Source: Candidatus Bathyarchaeota archaeon
GTDB lineage: Archaea; Thermoproteota; Bathyarchaeia; Bathyarchaeales; Bathycorpusculaceae
Assembly (NCBI GenBank): GCA_963733095.1
Contig: CAVTBV010000013.1
Span: 224,001-288,000 of the forward strand
Reading direction: 5' to 3'
Length of the DNA stretch: 64,000 nt
Part shown: in pieces, positions 46,909 through 56,648 of the stretch
Numbering within the stretch: position 1 is the stretch's first letter
Layout: each line of letters starts with the position of its first letter
Program-made: the position numbers and the translations under genes
The notes under the pieces: model-generated
What the model was told of the DNA's origin: nothing
What the model saw: only the letters and a program-made list of their open reading frames with translations
Database searches by the model: none

Positions 46909-48458
46909 TGTCAGAAAAAAAGAAAAACCAAAACCTCGACCTCAATATAGAAGACCTAATGATAGTTTTTGTGGGAAAAGACGAGAAAGTTGTTGATATT
47001 AACCCGAAAGGCTGCGAATTACTAGAGTACACTAAAGACGAGGTTGTGGGCAAGAACTGGTTCGATGTTTTTGTTCCTCAAAATGTACGGGAAGAAACAC
47101 GGCTTTCTTTTCACCAGTTGTTAGAAGGGACAAATCAGAAAGGGTATGCGGAGAAACCGGTTTTAACAAAGAGCGGCCAAGAACGTATCATCAGCTGGTA
47201 CACTTTGGCCGTTAAGGATGAAAGAGATGAAATTGCATGCACAGTTTTGTCTGGTCACGACATTACCGACCGCAAGCTATTCGAAGAAAGATACATCCGG
47301 CTGGCATCTTTTCCAGCCTTCGACCCCAACCCTATAGTCGAGGTAGACTTTGACGGAACAATAACCTATAAGAATCCAGCCACAAAAAAAGTGTTCCCAA
47401 ATCTTGAGCAAAAAGGCTTAAAGCAACCCTTCTTCGCAGATTGGGAAAATGTTTCTTCGGCGTTCAAGGGCAAAATTTCAGGCGAATACTCGTTTGGAAG
47501 GGAAATACGTCTGGGCGAACACTGGTATCTCCAACAGTTCTCTTTTATGCCTATAGGTCCCCGAATCAGAATCTATGTTGTAAACGTTGACGAAAAGAAA
47601 AAAGCTGAACAAGCCCTTGTGGAAAGTGAAGAAAAATATCGCTCCTTGTTTGAAAATATGATTAATGGCTACGCCTACTGCAGGATGGTATATGACGAAA
47701 AAAACTTACCTGCAGATTTTGTATACTTGGAAATCAACGCCGCTTTTGAGAGAATAACCGGTTTAAAACGTGAAGCCATAGTTGGAAGAAAAGTCTCTGA
47801 GGCTATTCCAGGAACCAAAGAGGCTAACCCTGAAATCTTTGAAATATACGGCAGAGTGGCCCTGACAGGAAACTCTGAAACTTTTGAGGTTTTCTTCAAA
47901 CCCCTCAACATCTGGCTAAACATTTCTGTGTATGGCCCAAAAAAAGACCATTTTGTAGCAATTTTCGAAAACATCACCAAACGCAAAGAGCTAGAGCGGG
48001 AGCTGAACAGTTACAATCAGCGGCTTGAAGAAGTGGTGGCGCAACGCACGGCTGAGTATGCGCAGACAAACCAGAAATTGACAGGGGAAATTATGGAGCG
48101 CCGCAAGATTGAAGAGAGTTTGTTGTTTAGGGCTATGGTGCTGGATAACTTGAGCGAAGCTATCTTTTTAGCGAATTTTAGTGGCTCATTTGTTTATGCA
48201 AACCTTGCGGCTTGTGAGTTGTTCGGTTATCCCTGTGATGAATTCTTGACCCTGAATTTGATGGCTGTTCTGCAAATTCCCGAGGCTGTCAAGAGTACGC
48301 TTATGGAAAACCTGCAAAAGACTGAGCAAATCGATTACCACACGGTTTATTCCACGAAAAAAGGCGAGAAAGTTCCGATTCATCTGCGGATGGGTTTGGT
48401 GAAGACGGCTCATGGAAAACTGATAATCAGCGTAATACATAAGGTTAGAACTCCCTAA
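46908..48458 (+). CDS. Multi-PAS domain sensor protein with no output domain
   Basis: Four PAS-like units (INPKGCELLEY...DITDRK; DPNPIVEV; SEEKYRSLFE...NITKRK; YANLAACELFGY) and a coiled coil; no HisKA/HATPase/GGDEF motifs; TAATG overlap with glgP. Confidence 0.88.
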   Translation: MSEKKKNQNLDLNIEDLMIVFVGKDEKVVDINPKGCELLEYTKDEVVGKNWFDVFVPQNVREETRLSFHQLLEGTNQKGYAEKPVLTKSGQERIISWYTLAVKDERDEIACTVLSGHDITDRKLFEERYIRLASFPAFDPNPIVEVDFDGTITYKNPATKKVFPNLEQKGLKQPFFADWENVSSAFKGKISGEYSFGREIRLGEHWYLQQFSFMPIGPRIRIYVVNVDEKKKAEQALVESEEKYRSLFENMINGYAYCRMVYDEKNLPADFVYLEINAAFERITGLKREAIVGRKVSEAIPGTKEANPEIFEIYGRVALTGNSETFEVFFKPLNIWLNISVYGPKKDHFVAIFENITKRKELERELNSYNQRLEEVVAQRTAEYAQTNQKLTGEIMERRKIEESLLFRAMVLDNLSEAIFLANFSGSFVYANLAACELFGYPCDEFLTLNLMAVLQIPEAVKSTLMENLQKTEQIDYHTVYSTKKGEKVPIHLRMGLVKTAHGKLIISVIHKVRTP

Positions 48459-48538
48459 AAGCGACTTAAAGAAATGTTGTTGCTCAATTGATGAATAAAA
48501 AATAAAAAAAGGGAGATTGTGTTTTTATTCTTTGTTTT

Positions 48539-51187
48539 TTACGGTCGTTTTCTCAGGACTAGTATGATTGCTAGTCCGATGATTGCCATAAAGACAAATA
48601 GGCCTGCGATTGCTGGGATGAAGTATGTGTCTGCCATCGATGGTGCTGTTGTTGGAGCAGTGGTTGCGGTTGGCGCTGGGTTTCCGACTGTGAATGATGT
48701 TTCAGAAGATGAACCATAGTAGGATTGTGAGCCTGCGAAGTTAGCTACGACAGTGTAGTCGCCTGTAATGTCTGGAGTCCATGTGTAGGTAAACATGCCG
48801 CTTCCGTCGCTTGTTGCGGTACCGATTTGTCGGAAGTTGCCGTTTGAGTCAAGAACACTGATCGTTACTGGAACACCCGTTGTGTTTGTTGGCATAGGTT
48901 GTTGCATATAGACGGCTTCCATGAATGGAGTCATGCTGTCGTCAGAAACTGCTGGCAGACCGTTGGGGAAGTTTGCTGCTACTGCTTCTTGCTGTGAACC
49001 AGCGGAAATGTCGGTTACTGTACCTCTAATTACTATGTCTGAACCGAATGCTTGAGCGTCGACTGTGAGTTTGGTTGGTCCCATGCCGTAGCCGTAGATT
49101 TGGTTGTCGTAGGCGTTGAGTGTTGTCATGACGCCGTCAGAAATTGCTGGTGCGCTAGTAACGTCGAATGCATCAATGCTCCATACGACTGATCCGTCGG
49201 TGGTGTTCAAAGCCAGTTGTTGTGCGTTGTGGAATAGTGGTGGACTGTACATGTGGCCTTCTGGCACGAACAGCTTGCCGTCAGCGACTGATCCCACGGT
49301 GAAGGTCCATATTGGTTCTACACCGTAAGGTGACTCGTAGCCGCCGGATGGAGTGTGATATTGCCATTTGAGTTCACCAGTCAAGATATTGAATGCATAG
49401 ACGTCTCCTCCATAGCCCCATATGTAGATTGTGCCGTCAGCAACGACTGCGTTTGCGCCAAGCGAACTGAATGGACTCACGTTTGGTAGTGCAATTGGTC
49501 CCCATAGTTTTTCGCCTGTTGTGAGGCTGTAGCCGGTGACTGATAATGCAGATTCCGTTAGTTCCACGTAAGCGCCACTTCCTGACCAAACTCCGCCGCT
49601 GTATACGATGGAGTATGGCACTTGGGTTCGGTTAACTGCGCCCCATAGTTGATGTCCATCTATTGCACTGAAGCCTGCTTCTTCTTGCCATCCAGATGTG
49701 AAGAACATACCTCCGCTGCCTGAGTCATATCCTGTCATTAGCACTGTACCGCTTTGAACTGCGGAAATGCTTAGCAGATACATTGGGAATCCGTATGCCA
49801 TTGATACTAGTGGTTTACCGTCTTTGTCAGTGGTGGGTAATGGTGTTGACCATTGTACGCCTGCTTGGAAGTTGAGTTGTGCACCTTGTGGTGGTCTCCA
49901 CATCCACTGATCTGCAACGGCGCTGCCGCCGCCATAGTTACCGACTGCCATGTTGATGCATACGGTTGAGTTCCACATGCTTAGTGAAGCTGAAACTTTA
50001 CCTGTTGCAAAGTTTGTAGTTGAGTTGACGTAATAGCCGACTAAGTTGCCATGTTCATCTTCGGTTAGTGTTAAAGCCGACGCGGGAACATTTGTTATGT
50101 TAAGTATCCATTGACCAGTCATTGCATCGTACATGGACAGGTATGAAGGTGTACCCATAAAGCCTGCCCCAGCAACGGGTATGCTCCACAAGTATGCGAG
50201 CGCACCGTACTGGTTTGGTGTAATCATGTTGAGTATTTGTCCGCATTTTAGAACTTCATTGTTAACTTGTGCTTCGGTCTTTGTCCATATTGTCTGTCCT
50301 GTATGTAGGTTCACTGCGACCCAACCTTCGGGGTAAGTTGATGCACCTGGATAAAGTGTGTAGTAGAGTATACCGTTCATGATTATTGGCGCGAACTTTG
50401 GTTCATACTGTGATGTTGAGTAGTAGTTGCTTGTTTCGCTGTTGCCGAATTCTCCGCCGATTATGCCGCCGAACGCTTCTGGTTTTGTCCATAAAATGTG
50501 GGCGGTGTTAGGGGCGGTTGTGAAGGGGTTGTAGTTTCCTGTTGCATTGTACATTCCTGTTGCTGCAAAGGTAGATGCTGCAAGCCCTAACCAGTTGCCG
50601 CTAATAACGTTCCAGTTGTTGTTTTCACCGTAAATTGGGCGCGTCCAATAGTTTGATGGTAAGGGGTTTGCGCCAGCAATGCTTATTGGTTCTTCTTGTA
50701 CATTTAAGGTAAATACGTTGCTTTCGCTGGGTTCATAATAGTCGCCAACGCTTGGGTTGGTTGATGGTTGTCCGTTGGGTGTGTTAAGGCCTGGTAGTAC
50801 TTCTCCGCCGAATTTCATTTGGAAGGTGTAATTGCCGGTTACTGTTGGGGTGTAGGTTGTGTGCGATCCGCCGGTTGCGTCAGATGTGAATGGTCCTAGT
50901 GTTTCTTTGGTTCCATCTGGATGCGTGACTATCAAAGTCATATTTGTCCATCTGTCACCGTATTGTGCACTTGCAGTTGGTGGTGGAAGGTTAACCCAGA
51001 AGTTGACGTTGACTGTTTGTCCAACTCCGATTGGGTTGGGTGAGACACTGCAGAAGGTGTATGTTGGAATGTTCCATCCAGGGGTGTGTGCATTAGCGTT
51101 TGGTATTAATATCGCTGAAGCTCCCATCGAAATCATTAACAAAGCTGCAATCAAAATAGTCAAACTTTGGTTTTTTAACACTTGCAA
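48539..51187 (-). CDS. Large secreted PQQ-like beta-propeller surface protein with C-terminal TM anchor
   Basis: Signal peptide, Ig-like N-terminal domain, W-containing PQQ repeats (TGQTIW, TGEKLW, TGELKW, DGSVVW), PT linker, TM plus RKRP tail. Confidence 0.88.
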   Translation of the reverse strand: MQVLKNQSLTILIAALLMISMGASAILIPNANAHTPGWNIPTYTFCSVSPNPIGVGQTVNVNFWVNLPPPTASAQYGDRWTNMTLIVTHPDGTKETLGPFTSDATGGSHTTYTPTVTGNYTFQMKFGGEVLPGLNTPNGQPSTNPSVGDYYEPSESNVFTLNVQEEPISIAGANPLPSNYWTRPIYGENNNWNVISGNWLGLAASTFAATGMYNATGNYNPFTTAPNTAHILWTKPEAFGGIIGGEFGNSETSNYYSTSQYEPKFAPIIMNGILYYTLYPGASTYPEGWVAVNLHTGQTIWTKTEAQVNNEVLKCGQILNMITPNQYGALAYLWSIPVAGAGFMGTPSYLSMYDAMTGQWILNITNVPASALTLTEDEHGNLVGYYVNSTTNFATGKVSASLSMWNSTVCINMAVGNYGGGSAVADQWMWRPPQGAQLNFQAGVQWSTPLPTTDKDGKPLVSMAYGFPMYLLSISAVQSGTVLMTGYDSGSGGMFFTSGWQEEAGFSAIDGHQLWGAVNRTQVPYSIVYSGGVWSGSGAYVELTESALSVTGYSLTTGEKLWGPIALPNVSPFSSLGANAVVADGTIYIWGYGGDVYAFNILTGELKWQYHTPSGGYESPYGVEPIWTFTVGSVADGKLFVPEGHMYSPPLFHNAQQLALNTTDGSVVWSIDAFDVTSAPAISDGVMTTLNAYDNQIYGYGMGPTKLTVDAQAFGSDIVIRGTVTDISAGSQQEAVAANFPNGLPAVSDDSMTPFMEAVYMQQPMPTNTTGVPVTISVLDSNGNFRQIGTATSDGSGMFTYTWTPDITGDYTVVANFAGSQSYYGSSSETSFTVGNPAPTATTAPTTAPSMADTYFIPAIAGLFVFMAIIGLAIILVLRKRP

Positions 51188-51387
51188 TTTTTTCTTCTCC
51201 TAAAAGTTTATGGAAACCCTGTTAATTCATTTTGTTTATAAGATTTTCGTATTTCCGCCCTAAAAAAGAAATATTTTGAAGTATGTGTGGCTCAAAACTA
51301 TAAAAAAAAGACTTGCCTCTATAAAAAAGAAAGAAGTGGCCCGAATTCCACGGGTTTTACCTTTGAATTGAGCACTTCACATCAGTA

Positions 51388-51582
51388 TTATGTAGGCTGG
51401 CGCGTCAGGTTTATGGAGTTGTGTTCCGGGTCGGGTGTGTTCTGGTTGAAGTGGGCATCGCTGTTTAGGGCGGATATGCATTTTATGTACTCTACTTTGC
51501 TTTGCAGTTTTTTGTAAACAACAAAGTAATCTAGGAGTTTGGATGCTTCTTCGTTTTCGAATACTTCTATTGGGTGGGACAT
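51388..51582 (-). CDS. Small hypothetical protein (64 aa)
   Basis: GAGG 8 nt upstream of ATG; no recognisable motif. Confidence 0.45.
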   Translation of the reverse strand: MSHPIEVFENEEASKLLDYFVVYKKLQSKVEYIKCISALNSDAHFNQNTPDPEHNSINLTRQPT

Positions 51583-51830
51583 ATGTTGTTCCTCTATGGT
51601 TGAGAGTATTGAGTGTTACGACATAACCCTTACTAACATGTGTGTATATCGCTCGCAACTAAAACCGCTTCAAAACAAACCAACATAAACATCAACGATT
51701 AAACCAAAAAAGCAAACAAGCAAGCCTGCAAACACATTTTTTAATTAAACAACTATATTGCGATACCATACAGCTGATGGAAAAGCAAAATAACAACGCC
51801 ACACTCGCATAATATGAATAAGTGACCTAA

Positions 51831-52385
51831 ATGTCCGCAAAAACAACTGTAAACAATAACTCCGCATACAGGCTCCTTCACCCAATGCACACCGTCTTAG
51901 TTTCTTGTGTTGGAAAAGCCAACAAACCCAACGTAACCACGGTCGCATGGGCAATGCCCACCAGCATCAACCCACCCCTATTGGCCATAAGCCTCGCCCC
52001 AACCCGGCACACCCACACCCTCATAGAAGAATCAGGCGAATTCACCGTAAACATCCCAACAATGGAAATACTGCAAGCAGTTTACTCCTGCGGCAGCCTA
52101 ACAGGCAGAAGCTTTGACAAATTTAAAAAAGCCAACCTTACCCAAATGCCGGGCAAAAAAGTCAAATCTCCAGCCATCCGCGAATGCATTGCTCACCTCG
52201 AATGCGAAGTCGACGGACAATTCACGACGGGTGACCACACGATATTCGTAGGCAAAATCCTCGAAGCCTACGCAGATATGGGCGTCTTCACAGAAGCAGG
52301 CTACGACCTCAAACGGGCACGAGTCCTCTACCATGCAGGTGGAAACAACTTTGCACTCTTAGACCCCAAACTCTACAAATCCTAA
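51831..52385 (+). CDS. Flavin reductase (DIM6/NTAB) family protein
   Basis: YRLLHP, AWAMP.S.NPP, EFTVNIP, CGS.TGR..DKF, LEC, GDHTIFVG. Confidence 0.92.
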   Translation: MSAKTTVNNNSAYRLLHPMHTVLVSCVGKANKPNVTTVAWAMPTSINPPLLAISLAPTRHTHTLIEESGEFTVNIPTMEILQAVYSCGSLTGRSFDKFKKANLTQMPGKKVKSPAIRECIAHLECEVDGQFTTGDHTIFVGKILEAYADMGVFTEAGYDLKRARVLYHAGGNNFALLDPKLYKS

Positions 52386-52669
52386 CAAAAATTCCGCCCT
52401 TTTATAACCTAACACGCAAACAAAATGACGATGGCGGAATAAGCACAAGGTATACACAACTTATAAAACGCTAATAAATTATTAGGGTTGCCTATGACAA
52501 ACAAAAAGAAAAAAAAATACCAGCTGACCCAAAAAACTGTCCCAAGAGAAACCACAGTAACATTTAGGGAAATAACTGAATAAGCTAATCTCCAAATAAT
52601 GTTTGTATCACAAACAACAAAATAAGATGTATCGATTAATTTTGGAAAACCCCTTAAGAGACAAACCAG

Positions 52670-52684
52670 TTATCACAGTGATAA
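52670..52684. promoter_or_regulatory. Palindrome TTATCAC-A-GTGATAA, candidate operator
   Basis: Perfect 7-1-7 inverted repeat, imperfectly extended by CAG...CTG. Confidence 0.4.
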
Positions 52685-52746
52685 ACTGAAACACTTGGAA
52701 TGTATATGATCGTTTGAGCCTATTTTAATTCTAATATTGTTTCTAT

Positions 52747-52855
52747 GCAGCAACGATAAAGAGGGTCGTAGCGAATTCCCCCCCGGCAATAGCATGTTGA
52801 AAACCTGCGCTTAAAGACACGGTAACGAGCCGCCGCACATGCAAGTCAGCGCTGC
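52747..52855 (-). ncRNA. Candidate structured RNA upstream of (probably divergent from) 5S rRNA
   Basis: GC-rich island in an AT-rich spacer; closing GCAGC/GCTGC helix enclosing two arms; strand uncertain. Confidence 0.4.
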
Positions 52856-52942
52856 TTTCCATGCAAAACCGCTATTAAACATCCTTCTTTCAAGAATAAA
52901 AGCGAAGGTATATATGGTATTGTTGAACAGTTATGTTTCGTC

Positions 52943-53057
52943 TGCCGGTCAAAGGGCCCGGGTTCCACCTGATCCCATTCCGAACTCAGAAGTTAAACCG
53001 AGCTCCGTTTCCAGCTGTAGTGTGGTCTTAGGCCACGTGAACCTGGGAAAGCTGGCA
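52943..53057 (+). rRNA. rrf: 5S ribosomal RNA (stand-alone)
   Basis: Helix I TGCCGG/CTGGCA, conserved CACCTGATCCCATTCCGAACTCAGAAGTTAAAC, GGGAAAGCT 3' end; TATATA at 52909-14. Confidence 0.96.
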
Positions 53058-53126
53058 ACATTTCTATTCACACCTACGTTTTCAAGTGAGATTTAGCATA
53101 GCTTTATAACTGTCTTTTAATAGTTT

Positions 53127-54260
53127 TTGAAAAGAAGTGGTGTCTTTAAAGTGAGTCTTATTCCCGGAAGCGATTCAATTACTCAGATTATCAGCTTACT
53201 CTCTTACGTGTTCTTCATAGTTCTCATTTTCTACGGTCAACGTATTCAGATGTACGTTATGATCCGTGAAGTCGAAAACTCTTTGCATAAGCTGCGGCAC
53301 ATCAAAGAGGAAGGTAGAAAAACTGCCATTGAAACCCTTAAAGAAATCGGCAAACCCACAAGCGACCCCTCCGCACGTGTTGACCGATACCTCGACTACT
53401 TCACCATAGGACCCCAAAATATGGATCCAGCTGGCATCGTCAACAAACTCGACCACATCTTGGATGTTCGAGACGAACGCCTAAAAGAAGAAGTCAAACT
53501 CATGGCTCCCGCAGTCCAAAACGATGAAGTTCAAATTAACAACCTTGAAAACACCCTCGAGGCAGCAATGGCCCTCAATTTCATCTACAAAGTTATACGC
53601 CACTACTACATCCAAGGCAAAAAAACCCTCAGCCTCTACGTCATCATGCAAATCCAAATGATCCTGCCCATGGTTATGAAAGAAGCAGACGCCTACTCAA
53701 GCGCTCTCAAAGCCTTTGCGTATGGTCAACCCATCGGCGATGGAGCAGGACCCTTGGTTGCGGGAAAACTTATGCATGGATACGAAATCCGCAAACTGCC
53801 CAAAGACTGCGTTATGGCATCTGTTCCAATCGAAGGTCGCACAGCTTTAATTATCAAAGCTGAAGGTCCCGGCGGAAACGTTGGCAAACCAGGCGAGGCC
53901 GTTGTAGCAGCCATTGAAGAGAACGAAGGCAAAATCGGCTGCCTCATCATGATCGATGCAGGTCTCAAACTTGAAGGCGAACTCGTCGGAGAAGTCTCCG
54001 AAGGCATCGGCGCAGCCATCGGTGGACCAGGCGTAGACGCATTCAAGATAGAAGAACAACTAACCAAATACAAGATACCCAACTACGCAGTAATCATCAA
54101 ACAAGACATAGGCGACGCCGTATCCCCTATGCGCAAAGAAATTAACGATGCAACCGACAAAGTCATCGAACGTGTCAAATCAGTCATCTTAGAACGCACC
54201 AAAGAAGGCGACAAAGTCATAATCGTCGGAGTCGGCAACTCTATCGGAGTTGGACAATAA
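53127..54260 (+). CDS. DUF1512 family protein
   Basis: N-terminal TM, DPAGIV.KL.H, PIGDGAGP, KAEGPGG.VG.PG, IDAGLKLEGE, GVGNSIGVGQ; probable start GTG53151. Confidence 0.9.
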   Translation: MKRSGVFKVSLIPGSDSITQIISLLSYVFFIVLIFYGQRIQMYVMIREVENSLHKLRHIKEEGRKTAIETLKEIGKPTSDPSARVDRYLDYFTIGPQNMDPAGIVNKLDHILDVRDERLKEEVKLMAPAVQNDEVQINNLENTLEAAMALNFIYKVIRHYYIQGKKTLSLYVIMQIQMILPMVMKEADAYSSALKAFAYGQPIGDGAGPLVAGKLMHGYEIRKLPKDCVMASVPIEGRTALIIKAEGPGGNVGKPGEAVVAAIEENEGKIGCLIMIDAGLKLEGELVGEVSEGIGAAIGGPGVDAFKIEEQLTKYKIPNYAVIIKQDIGDAVSPMRKEINDATDKVIERVKSVILERTKEGDKVIIVGVGNSIGVGQ

Positions 54261-54700
54261 TGAGGCTGAAAAACATGACGCAAAACCAAACCCGATCTGC
54301 AAACACCAACAAAAAAATCTCTACATACCTTACCATGATAGTTCTAATCGTCATGGCTCTCGCCGTAACAGCGTTGCTCATAGCAGGTGAAACCTACCTT
54401 GCAGGCGACCAACTAGCCGCCGGAGTTTTAGCAGGCATAGGCTTCATCGCATTGGTTCTCTCAGTGTTCCTACTCTACCAGTCCAAACTGCAATCTGCAC
54501 AGGTAAAAATTGAACCACCTAAAGTCATGACCACAATTGGATGTGTAAAGAACTGCGATTCAAAAAATGTCCGTGAATTCCAACGTGGCGATTACGTCTA
54601 TAAAGAACTCGACTCCGGCTGCCAAAAATGCGGCGGCAAACAAATGATAACAGCCATCTACAAAGAAGTCAAAGAAAAAGAAAAAACCTACAACGTCTAA
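54260..54700 (+). CDS. Membrane protein with C-terminal Zn ribbon (DUF1512-associated)
   Basis: Two TM helices then CVKNC...REFQRGDYV...CQKCGG..MITAIY. Confidence 0.8.
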   Translation: MRLKNMTQNQTRSANTNKKISTYLTMIVLIVMALAVTALLIAGETYLAGDQLAAGVLAGIGFIALVLSVFLLYQSKLQSAQVKIEPPKVMTTIGCVKNCDSKNVREFQRGDYVYKELDSGCQKCGGKQMITAIYKEVKEKEKTYNV

Positions 54701-54713
54701 TTTTTTAGACGTT
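54692..54713. terminator. Hairpin between convergent genes
   Basis: AACGTCTAA-TTTT-TTAGACGTT flanked by T/A runs. Confidence 0.55.
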
Positions 54714-54731
54714 TTAAAATTTTCTATTTTT

Positions 54732-55634
54732 TTAAGTTAAAACTTCGCAGCCCTCATCTTTTATCAGCAATGTATGTTCGGCTTGAGCCACTGGTTTTTT
54801 GCTTGCTTCAACAAAAACTGGGTACCCCATGATTGCTTTTGATGTGAATAGTTCTTTGAAGGCAGCTTTATGCTGTTCGGCGGATACGGTGTCGATGAGC
54901 CAGCGTTCTGCAAAGGGGAGGGTTCTGAAGTTGGTTTCGATGTGTTTGAGCATTTTTTTTGCTGCTTCGGTTTTAGTGGATTTGGCTTTTAGTAAGCGGT
55001 AAATGGTGATTTGTGGGGAGTCGTCTACTCGGCCTATTGCATCGGGCAACGTAACGAATGGTTCTATGGCGTACACTTCACCCGTCCGCACCTTATTTAG
55101 TGAAACTAGGGAGACGTTGGGGATGGATGTTCCAGCATGGATTAGGTACCGCCCAACCGAATGCCCTGTAAGGTTGCTGATGGGTTTGAAGCCGCGGTTT
55201 TTTATAGTTGTCTCGATTAATGCACCTATTTTTCCTAGTCCCATATCGCCGTGGATGTTGTCTATCGCCGTTTTGAGTGCAAGTTCAGCGGTGTTTGCCA
55301 TGCTTCTGCCTTCAGGGTTAAAAGAGACGGTAAATGCAGTGTCGGTTACGTAGCCATTAACGTGAACGCCAAGGTCTACCTTAACTGTGGAGCCTTCAGG
55401 AATCAGCGACTTATCTCCTGGTGGTGAGGTGTAATGTGCCGCGACCTCGTTTATGCTGACGTTGCAGGGAAACGCAGGTTTGCCGCCCTTAGCACGTATG
55501 AGTCCTTCTGCTTTTTCGCAGATATCAATAACTGGCATGTTTTCCTCTACGAAACTGCGCATTTCTTCACGTGTTTCACGTAGAATCTTGCCCGATAAAC
55601 GGAATGTTTCGAGTTCTTCTTTGTCGTACGGCAT
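54732..55634 (-). CDS. map: Methionine aminopeptidase type II
   Basis: AFPCNVSINEVAAHY, KVDLGVHVNGYVTDTA, NLTGH, IHAG, AIEPF, AQAEHT. Confidence 0.96.
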   Translation of the reverse strand: MPYDKEELETFRLSGKILRETREEMRSFVEENMPVIDICEKAEGLIRAKGGKPAFPCNVSINEVAAHYTSPPGDKSLIPEGSTVKVDLGVHVNGYVTDTAFTVSFNPEGRSMANTAELALKTAIDNIHGDMGLGKIGALIETTIKNRGFKPISNLTGHSVGRYLIHAGTSIPNVSLVSLNKVRTGEVYAIEPFVTLPDAIGRVDDSPQITIYRLLKAKSTKTEAAKKMLKHIETNFRTLPFAERWLIDTVSAEQHKAAFKELFTSKAIMGYPVFVEASKKPVAQAEHTLLIKDEGCEVLT

Positions 55635-55719
55635 AGCGTTTCACTGTGTATAAAACGGATTGCCTTTGACACTTAAATTCATAACCACAAAGAAGAGGCT
55701 CAAACAAGATAAAAGAAAC

Positions 55720-56532
55720 TTATTTGGCGGTTTTTCTGCGCAAGAGTACAATTAAGGAAACTGTCAGGACAGCAACAAGCACAGCCAAAATTATTAGCGC
55801 AGTTTGCATCCAGTCTAAACTAGAAAGTGCGCCTGTTAGTATGTTTGGTGGGTTTGGGGTTTGGGTTGGGGTTGTATTGGGAAGGTATGGGTTGAAGGTT
55901 GGGTTTGCTGTAGGGTTCGGCGTTGATATGGGCTGCTGGGTTGGGGTTGAAATGATTGGGTTTCCGATTGTGATTGTTTGTGCGGGGCTCCAATCGCTTT
56001 GTGCAACGATGATTGTTTGGGACCCGGTGAAACAGCTGCCAGAATAGGTACTATTTGTATAGCTTATAACAGCTTGGGCTTCAAAATCGATTTGGCCGCC
56101 TTGAGGTATATTCCAGTATTGGATTTCAAAGGAGACCGCTGTGTTAGCGGAGGTTGAAGCTTGAAGACCGTTCTGGCCGTGGCCGCTATTTGCGTTGGTC
56201 CAGTCTTCGAAGTGTCCCTTGGAGCGGACATTGAAGTATAGGTTGACTTGTTGGCCACTGGCTGGATCAGTGTAGGGTGTGAATGGTTGATTCTTAATCG
56301 TGACATCGATGGTTCGGTTATCAACATGGTAACCGCCGCTGACTACGATGGTTTGTCCCGTGTAGGGGTCTGTTCCATACGTTGGAGGGACATCGTAGGA
56401 GTGGTCGACGTATTGAACAGTGAATTCAGGTACAGCTGGGTTAGAAGCCGCTGTTGCGGGGTAAACTGTTAAAGTTGAGGAAGCTGCTAAGACAAAAATT
56501 ATCAGCAACGGGAATATCTTTTTGGATTCCAT
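55720..56532 (-). CDS. Secreted, C-terminally anchored surface protein (PT linker)
   Basis: Signal peptide, PAVPEFTVQYVDHSYDVP, LYFNVRSKGHFEDW, WSPAQTITI, PT-rich linker, TM plus RRK. Confidence 0.85.
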   Translation of the reverse strand: MESKKIFPLLIIFVLAASSTLTVYPATAASNPAVPEFTVQYVDHSYDVPPTYGTDPYTGQTIVVSGGYHVDNRTIDVTIKNQPFTPYTDPASGQQVNLYFNVRSKGHFEDWTNANSGHGQNGLQASTSANTAVSFEIQYWNIPQGGQIDFEAQAVISYTNSTYSGSCFTGSQTIIVAQSDWSPAQTITIGNPIISTPTQQPISTPNPTANPTFNPYLPNTTPTQTPNPPNILTGALSSLDWMQTALIILAVLVAVLTVSLIVLLRRKTAK

Positions 56533-56648
56533 ACTCTACCCTTAGGGCTGTCTTGATAAAAAGCTTCCAGTAAAGAAATCTTGACTAATAACGAGTCAAA
56601 GTTTCTTTACGAACAACCTTTTATGCAGATACCTCTTGATAGAGAAGT

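Noticed and set aside
39214-52583. Similarity between micro-ORFs RYQLKKT (39214 region) and KYQLTQKT (52494 region)
   Set aside because: Too short and low-complexity in A-rich DNA to distinguish from chance
52747-52855. Second 5S rRNA copy or cobalamin riboswitch
   Set aside because: Lacks the 5S CCGAAC loop and the ordered B12-box motifs; kept only as an unknown RNA candidate
52839-53096. 85-aa ORF in the track
   Set aside because: Overlaps the 5S rRNA gene; spurious translation
55840-55960. Repetitive GGGTT/GGTTG DNA
   Set aside because: Encodes the Pro/Thr/Asn linker of a surface protein, not a DNA repeat element
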